Position numbers and translations under genes: made by a program. The notes under the pieces are model-generated. The model saw only the letters and a program-made list of their open reading frames with translations. It was not told where the DNA came from and ran no database searches. A DNA stretch of 64,000 nt from Candidatus Latescibacterota bacterium (GTDB taxonomy: Bacteria; Latescibacterota; UBA2968; UBA8231): contig OZ242005.1 of the NCBI GenBank assembly GCA_965204725.1, positions 4,608,001 through 4,672,000 of the forward strand, read 5' to 3'. The number at the start of each line of letters is the position of its first letter. Position 1 is the first letter of the stretch. Of the stretch, positions 58,434 to 64,000 are shown piece by piece.

Positions 58434-59594
58434 TCAGGACCACAGCGGCACCCCGGCCGGTAGCACGGCGGCGATGGCCTCTTCGTCTAGATTGACGCCC
58501 AAGCCCGGGCCGTCGGGCACGGCGATGTAGCCTTGCTGAATGGGGTTTTTGATGTCGAGCATGGTGCTCCACAGCGGGATGTTGCGCGAGTGGTGCTCTA
58601 AGGCGAGGAAATTGGGCAGGGTGGCGCAGATATGGACCGCGGCCATGCCCGTAACCGCGCTCCGCATGTAGTGGGGCGCTAGCGATATATGGTACATCTC
58701 GGCCAGTTCGGCGATGCGGCGGATTTCAATGGCGCCGCCGCTGTGGGGGATGTCCGGCTCCAGCAGGTCGCATGCCTGTTGTTCCATTAGCTCGCGGAAC
58801 ATCTTGGCGCCGTAAAAAATCTCGCCGGTGCAGATCGGCGTCTCGGTCTGTCGGCAGATTTTGGCCAAGGCGGCGACATTGCCCCATTCCCAGCGAATGG
58901 GATCCTCCAACCAAAGCAGGTCGAGGTGCTCCACGTCTTTGCATATCCGCAGGGCGTCGGCTAGGTTGAAGGAACCGTGCAAGTCGATAGATAAGTCGAT
59001 GTATGGGCCAATCGCTTGGCGCAGGCTTTCGATGGTGGTGACGATGTGATGGTGCTGCCGACGACTGATGGAGCGGTCGTACACGTCAAGCTTCCAAGGG
59101 TTGGGCACATCGAGATCGAATTTGACCGCGGTGTATCCCTCGGCCACCACCTCTTGGGCCATGGATACGTAGGCACTGGTTTCGTACACCGGGTCCAATT
59201 GCCCGCTGGCCCGCGTCTCCCGCCAGCGCCGCTCGTAGTCTTCTCGCGTCCAGTGTGCCCCCGAGTGGCAGTCGCAGTACACGCGGATGCGGTCGCGCAG
59301 TTTGCCGCCCAGCAACTCGTACATGGGCGCGTTTAGCTGCTTGCCGCGAATGTCCCACAGGGCGATTTCCACGCCGGCGCCGCGGCCCTGCATCTGCCAC
59401 AGGTGGTCGTAGTGTAGCCGATTGATGTTGGTCGGGTCGCGGCCGATGAGCATTTGTTTGAGCTGCTCAATGGGGCCTCCAGCGGTCCACTCGCCGAGGC
59501 CGACAATGCCTTCGTCCGTGAAAATTTTCAGCAAGGACCAGTGGCGATTTTCCGCGCCGAGGGAGGGCGTGACCTTAATGTCGGTGATCTTCAT
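58434..59594 (-). CDS. Mandelate racemase/MLE family acid-sugar dehydratase
   Basis: ALWDIRGK, KFD, DLH, LED, TGE, PDGPGLG. Confidence 0.9.
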   Translation of the reverse strand: MKITDIKVTPSLGAENRHWSLLKIFTDEGIVGLGEWTAGGPIEQLKQMLIGRDPTNINRLHYDHLWQMQGRGAGVEIALWDIRGKQLNAPMYELLGGKLRDRIRVYCDCHSGAHWTREDYERRWRETRASGQLDPVYETSAYVSMAQEVVAEGYTAVKFDLDVPNPWKLDVYDRSISRRQHHHIVTTIESLRQAIGPYIDLSIDLHGSFNLADALRICKDVEHLDLLWLEDPIRWEWGNVAALAKICRQTETPICTGEIFYGAKMFRELMEQQACDLLEPDIPHSGGAIEIRRIAELAEMYHISLAPHYMRSAVTGMAAVHICATLPNFLALEHHSRNIPLWSTMLDIKNPIQQGYIAVPDGPGLGVNLDEEAIAAVLPAGVPLWS

Positions 59595-59818
59595 GTTCTC
59601 GCTTTCGCTGGCAAACGTAATTCGTTGATTTACGGATCGTTACAAACATCAGTGTATGACTCTTCGAGGTGCTGATCACGGAAGTTTTCGCTTTCTATGG
59701 TCAAAGTAGGCTCCGCTGAGACATGGAGTCAAGGTTGTCCAAGTCGTCGTTCAGGACGCTGTTCACTCTGGTGCTGACGGCCAGCCTCTCGCACGGACTG
59801 CGTCCCAAGATTGCGCGA

Positions 59819-60850
59819 TTACGACCTTTTCGAGTCACGATCTTTTGTTAGGTCATTTAGTTCATCTTCCTCGAAAGTGGCCGGAATCCATCCCCGCGGA
59901 TGCGGAGTATATAGCTCGTCCAGCTTCAACGCGTCACGATACCACTTGGGCAAACCGGCCGTTGGTAGTTTGTCCTCTTCGTAGATGGGTTGGTTCCATT
60001 GGGGCATCCCCACGGTCGGCCAATGGTCGTCGTCGCGCTTTATGAGATATACCCACCAAGGATTGATGCCGGTTTCCACCAAGTAAATCTCATCCGGCGC
60101 ATCCGTGTGCTCCGCCAACAACTTGGGAAGCAGATTGCCAATGAGGTCAAATCTCGTGCGAGCGATGTCGCCGCTTTCCAGCACTAGGACGGTTCGCGCC
60201 CCCTCTTTCTTGCACTTCTGTAGCTTGGGAGACTTTTTGGAAAATGCCCGCCTCAGCCTGTCAATACGACGATCTTCCAAATCGCTGAAATCGTTGGGAC
60301 AATAAAGCCTCATTCTAAGAGAACCCGGTTTTCGCCTTATGAGAGCCGCATCCGGCCAGCGCAGTAATTCGATTATGCAATTGAAACCCGTTGGTGTGTC
60401 CTGCACGTAATCATCAGACCAAATGGGGCTATGCGCTGATCTAGTTCGCCCTAAGTTCCTTTCATGCAGACATTCCGCGTTCGTCTGAATCCATTCGACA
60501 AGATTGTTCAGAGCTTGGTCGCGCTTTTTCTTTTTTTTAGGAAGGCGAACATTAACCGGAAGATGCAACTCGTAATACGCTGATCCCGGCAGTGAGGCCG
60601 AAAGTCTTTCTCTGAGGTAGTCACTAATCTTTTTGAGTACCAGATCGGTCTCGATTTGATTCTCGAACGGCTCGATTCGCGTGTGCTCGATCGCATACTC
60701 TTGGGTGCCTAGCTTTAGACGTAATTCCACGGGAGGACCGTCACCATCCTTTTCGGGATGACGAATGCCCACGCTTGTTTCGCCTGTCCATTTTTCAAGG
60801 AGCCTCACAATGGCATCGCAGGCCTTGCCCTCATTGTCTGGGATGTGCAT
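59819..60850 (-). CDS. Hypothetical protein, possible restriction-endonuclease-like fold
   Basis: 343 aa, lower GC; PPVE...YAIEHT and K..KL...VLVLES patterns. Confidence 0.55.
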   Translation of the reverse strand: MHIPDNEGKACDAIVRLLEKWTGETSVGIRHPEKDGDGPPVELRLKLGTQEYAIEHTRIEPFENQIETDLVLKKISDYLRERLSASLPGSAYYELHLPVNVRLPKKKKKRDQALNNLVEWIQTNAECLHERNLGRTRSAHSPIWSDDYVQDTPTGFNCIIELLRWPDAALIRRKPGSLRMRLYCPNDFSDLEDRRIDRLRRAFSKKSPKLQKCKKEGARTVLVLESGDIARTRFDLIGNLLPKLLAEHTDAPDEIYLVETGINPWWVYLIKRDDDHWPTVGMPQWNQPIYEEDKLPTAGLPKWYRDALKLDELYTPHPRGWIPATFEEDELNDLTKDRDSKRS

Positions 60851-60886
60851 AGGCGGTGGCTCCCCTCAGCCCTTTCTTTTGCTCAC

Positions 60887-61378
60887 TCACTCGTCCACGA
60901 TCTCTAGTATAGAGCCGTCGGGCTGAATCCGCCGCCGTTCCGGCTCAACCCCCTCAAACCACCCCTCCAACGCCCCGAGCATCCGGCTCGCACGTTCCGG
61001 CTCGGACGACGCCATGTTGTTCTGTTCCAGCGGGTCGTCGTCAATATTATACAACTCCAAATCAGCCGGCGGCGGTATAATCATCTCCGGATCCGGTTCG
61101 CTCATCAGTTCCGTCACCTCGTCAAGCGCGATGCGGTCCATCCCGCGCACCTCCATCGGCGTCAACGCGCCAGTGCGGTGAGGGTAACGACCCGTCAGCA
61201 GTGCCGCCCGCGATGGCGAGCAGGCTGGCGACCCGGCGTAGTGTTGGGTTAGACAGACCCCCTCGCCAACCAGCGCGTCGAGATGGGGGGTGCGGGCCGG
61301 GCCGTCGTTAAAAACGCCGAAATCGCCATAGCCCATGTCGTCGGCGACGATAAGAATCACATTGGGTCGTTTTGGCAT
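60887..61378 (-). pseudogene. Sulfatase with large in-frame internal deletion
   Basis: PNVILIVADDMG and CSPSRAALLTG fused to C-terminal ELYNIDDDPLE; only 163 aa. Confidence 0.8.
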
Positions 61379-61489
61379 TACGATTATCCTGAGTCGTAGA
61401 GAAATTTCAAGCGGGTCTCATGTGCTCTCGTGTGCTTATTGATAGGCGTGCGCCCTTCTGGAGTAGGTGCGATGAAGGAAACGCCCCGT

Positions 61490-61630
61490 CGGAGGGCGTT
61501 GAGATTCCGATGTCGCCGTGCGCTACCGATCGAGATGGCTTGCAGCAGGTGTTGACCCGCTTGGGTGCGTCCGGCGTAGCCCGGTTACGTAAACTGTGGG
61601 GCGATGGCGGCTATCGAGGCGAGGCGATCG
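61490..61630 (+). pseudogene. IS5-like transposase fragment
   Basis: DRDG...RLRKLWGDGGYRG resembles the IS5 W.DGGY segment. Confidence 0.5.
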
Positions 61631-61660
61631 TCATGCCCGAGATTATGAGGTGTTGAATAG

Positions 61661-61694
61661 AAAGCGCGACTCCGAATGTGCAGAAGTCGCGCTT
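61661..61694 (-). terminator. Terminator downstream of tmRNA
   Basis: AAGCGCGACT...AGTCGCGCTT stem with T-run on the minus strand. Confidence 0.65.
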
Positions 61695-61699
61695 AAAGA

Positions 61700-62058
61700 T
61701 GGTGGAGGCGGCGGGAATCGAACCCGCGTCCGAAACCGGTTCTACCGAAATATGCTACGTGCGTAGTCGGGCTTAGTTATCTCGCCTGTTGCGCTGCCGA
61801 CCGACGGGCCGCGCAACAAGCCAGCCCGAAAAATCTCATCCCATCCCCTCGGGCGCGAGTTTGGGACCAGCCTGCTAAGAGATGGCATTGGGACCTGTCG
61901 CGCAGGCTCAACAGGCCCCAATGGGCTGCGCTAAATTTAGGCAGCCAGAGCGTACGTGTTATTTTCGTCGCTTAATTGTTTCCCGAGGATTTACGAGGTG
62001 TCGGGACCTCGGCACGCAATTTGGGCTTTTCCGACCCCGTCGAAGCCATGTCGCCCCC
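61700..62058 (-). ncRNA. ssrA: tmRNA; tag (A)DENNTYALAA*
   Basis: 5' GGGGGCGACATGGCTTCGAC; 3' GGTTCGATTCCCGCCGCCTCCACCA; tag ORF 61969-61937. Confidence 0.95.
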
Positions 62059-62143
62059 TGTGCAGATAATAACAGACAATCGGGCACGATGTCAACGCTC
62101 GGCAGTGGGTCCGGTTGAAATGACGCACGACCGATTGACGTTT

Positions 62144-62389
62144 TTATCTGAGATTTTCCAAGAAATCTTCTATTTCCACGTTAGCTTTTTTTAAGTTGGT
62201 CTTCAGCGTCCCTTTGGCCATCTCGTTGCCTTGAATAAGAACCATTGTATCGATCTGGTCGGTGTCTGGGTATGTTCTGGTCATCACTATATGACTTCCC
62301 CTTTGTCGCTTAAAAGTAAACCCTAAGCGTTGAAGGGCGTTTTGGGCTTTCTCCGACGAGATACCAGAGGGAATTTTGGGATTAGGCAA
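62144..62389 (-). CDS. hicA: HicA family mRNase toxin
   Basis: LGF...RQRGSH, GTLKTNLK.A; TTG start overlapping the hicB stop inferred. Confidence 0.85.
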   Translation of the reverse strand: MPNPKIPSGISSEKAQNALQRLGFTFKRQRGSHIVMTRTYPDTDQIDTMVLIQGNEMAKGTLKTNLKKANVEIEDFLENLR

Positions 62390-62579
62390 GGTGCAGTTCT
62401 CTCTGGTGGCTTTCTGTAACTTCTTCAAGGTAGAGAGATACGGCTTCTTTGAGGTTGTTAAAAGCCTCTTCCTCATCCTTGCCTTGGCTGGCTATTCCGA
62501 TCTGAGGGCAATGGGATACGTACAGTCCTTTCTTCTCTTGATAAATTTCAGCCGTTAGGATTGTTCCTTGTTTCGGCAT
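62382..62579 (-). CDS. hicB: HicB family antitoxin (short, no DNA-binding domain)
   Basis: CPQIGIASQG...EEAFNNLKEAVSLYLE. Confidence 0.88.
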   Translation of the reverse strand: MPKQGTILTAEIYQEKKGLYVSHCPQIGIASQGKDEEEAFNNLKEAVSLYLEEVTESHQRELHLA

Positions 62580-62683
62580 AAGGAGCTCCTTCTTTGGGAT
62601 GAGTGTTAGAAGAAAATTTGGAGGGAGTTCTTTTCCTTAGCAAGTTGAGCCACTTCCCCACCAACTAGCCCACTTCCCAACGC

Positions 62684-63640
62684 TCAATTCACCACGTTGA
62701 TCGGCGCACCGGCCAAGAAGGCCCGCACGTTTTCTGCCGTCATTTGCATCAGTCGCTGGCGCGCCTCTAGAGTGGCCCAAGCGATATGGGGCGTGATGAG
62801 TAGATTCGGTGCCTGTAAGAGCGGGTTGCCGCTGGCCATCGGCTCGACCGAAGCCACGTCGGTCGCTGCCGCTCGGGGCTTGCCGGCGCGCAGGGCCTGC
62901 AAAAGGGCCTGCTCATTGACGAGTGCCCCGCGTGCCGTGTTGATAAAAAGCGACCCTTCCTTCATGGTTGCCAACAATTCGGCGTTGACAAAGCCCGTGT
63001 TGTCCGGGGTCTGTGGGCAGTGCAAGCTGACCACGTCGGCCCCGGCGAAAATCTCCGCCGTGCTCTTGAGGGCAAACGGCGCGTACCCCGGCGGGTCCTT
63101 GGGCGACGGCGCGTAAGCCCAGACCTCCATGCCAAAAGCGTGGGCCAGCTCGCCGACGCGCTGGCCGATGCGCCCAAAGCCCACTAGGCCGATAACCTTT
63201 CCCACGAGCTCCATCAGCGGAGTCTCCCAAAAGCACCAATAGCCCGATTCGGCCCACCCTCCTCGATGCACGGCCGCGTCGTGATGCCCGATTCGGTGGC
63301 ACAACTCCAGCAGCAGGGCCATGGTGTATTGGGCGACCGAATCGGTGCCGTAAACCGGAATGTTTGACACCGGAATGGCGCGGGCGCGGGCCGCCTCCAC
63401 ATCGACGATGTTGTACCCGGTGGCCATAACCGACACAAAGCGCAAGTTGGGTAGCTGGGCAAACGTCTCGGCCGTCAGCGGCACCTTATTGGTCAAAATC
63501 ACGTCGGCGTCCGCAGCCCGGGCCAAGATCAGGTCGTCTGGAGTGGTGTCGTGTACTGCAAACTCGCCCAATGCCGAGACCGGGTCCCAAGGATTGTCGC
63601 CGGGGTTTAGGGTGTGTCCGTCTAGCACTGTGATCTTCAT
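62684..63640 (-). CDS. D-2-hydroxyacid dehydrogenase (glycerate dehydrogenase-like)
   Basis: LNPGD, GFGRIG, LHCP, INTARG, TPHIAW. Confidence 0.9.
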   Translation of the reverse strand: MKITVLDGHTLNPGDNPWDPVSALGEFAVHDTTPDDLILARAADADVILTNKVPLTAETFAQLPNLRFVSVMATGYNIVDVEAARARAIPVSNIPVYGTDSVAQYTMALLLELCHRIGHHDAAVHRGGWAESGYWCFWETPLMELVGKVIGLVGFGRIGQRVGELAHAFGMEVWAYAPSPKDPPGYAPFALKSTAEIFAGADVVSLHCPQTPDNTGFVNAELLATMKEGSLFINTARGALVNEQALLQALRAGKPRAAATDVASVEPMASGNPLLQAPNLLITPHIAWATLEARQRLMQMTAENVRAFLAGAPINVVN

Positions 63641-63654
63641 AGAGTTCCTTTTAG

Positions 63655-64000
63655 CTATTTCTGGAGTTGTCCCACGTCTCGCACTGCCCCGTGCGCCGCG
63701 CTCGTCGTCAGTGCAGCATAGGCTTGTAGCGATTGAGGGATGTGGCGTTGGCGGTTGCGGGGCCGATAGGCGTCTATTTTTTGCCGTCGGGCGGAGAGCG
63801 CGGCGTCTGCGATCTGCACGTCAATTTTGCGATTGGGAATGTCGATGCGAATCCGGTCGCCGGTTTCCACGAGGGCCAGTGCTCCGCCCTCGGCCGCCTC
63901 TGGCGAGACGTGGCCAATCGACAGGCCGGAGGTGCCGCCGGAAAAGCGGCCGTCGGTCAACAGCGCACAGGTCTTGCCCAGCCCCATGGACTTGAGATAC
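63655..64000 (-). CDS. ilvD: Dihydroxy-acid dehydratase, C-terminal part
   Basis: [31 protein letters not shown]. Confidence 0.92.
   Translation of the reverse strand, partial: YLKSMGLGKTCALLTDGRFSGGTSGLSIGHVSPEAAEGGALALVETGDRIRIDIPNRKIDVQIADAALSARRQKIDAYRPRNRQRHIPQSLQAYAALTTSAAHGAVRDVGQLQK

Noticed and set aside
61700-61735. tRNA gene
   Set aside because: The T-arm and acceptor pair with a 5' end 359 nt away around a tag ORF, so it is tmRNA
59819-62579. Prophage or ICE at ssrA
   Set aside because: No integrase, structural or conjugation genes, and no att repeat found by eye

Overview
Bacterial chromosomal window, mostly GC-rich with lower-GC inserts. Its taxon is inferred, not shown: NYPNPFN/FlgD-Ig and 'SWGQVK' C-terminal tags, FN3/cadherin/Calx-beta proteins, hydantoinases, PhyH and a sulfatase suggest an FCB-group (Latescibacterota/Gemmatimonadota-like), possibly host-associated organism. 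From left to right: (1) a defence-type cluster at 0-12 kb with an AAA-PD-(D/E)XK gene, two Fic proteins, a Dsr1-like sirtuin, an MmeI-like methylase lacking its nuclease domain and an orphan ABC-ATPase; (2) a lipid locus at 12-26 kb with an ElbD-like FAR-A-ACP-acyltransferase coupled to lgt, divergent from a lipid kinase and an Mce/Mla transporter; (3) a duplicated, shuffled locus of secreted proteins at 26.5-41.6 kb, each fronted by a repeated cassette (palindromic UAS, IHF-like site, hairpin, sigma54 -24/-12), containing a signal peptide-FN3-cadherin-sigma54 activator chimera, an IS5-family element and a frameshifted giant metalloprotease/adhesin with ten 261-bp repeats; (4) an exported TldD/E pair, a VanX/DdpX peptidase and an unusual large-partner PIN pair; (5) catabolic genes; (6) tmRNA, hicBA, a D-2-hydroxyacid dehydrogenase and partial ilvD. 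A 108-137 bp MITE with 9-bp target duplications occurs three times. No CRISPR array, rRNA or tRNA was seen. All family assignments come from motif recognition, with no database searches.
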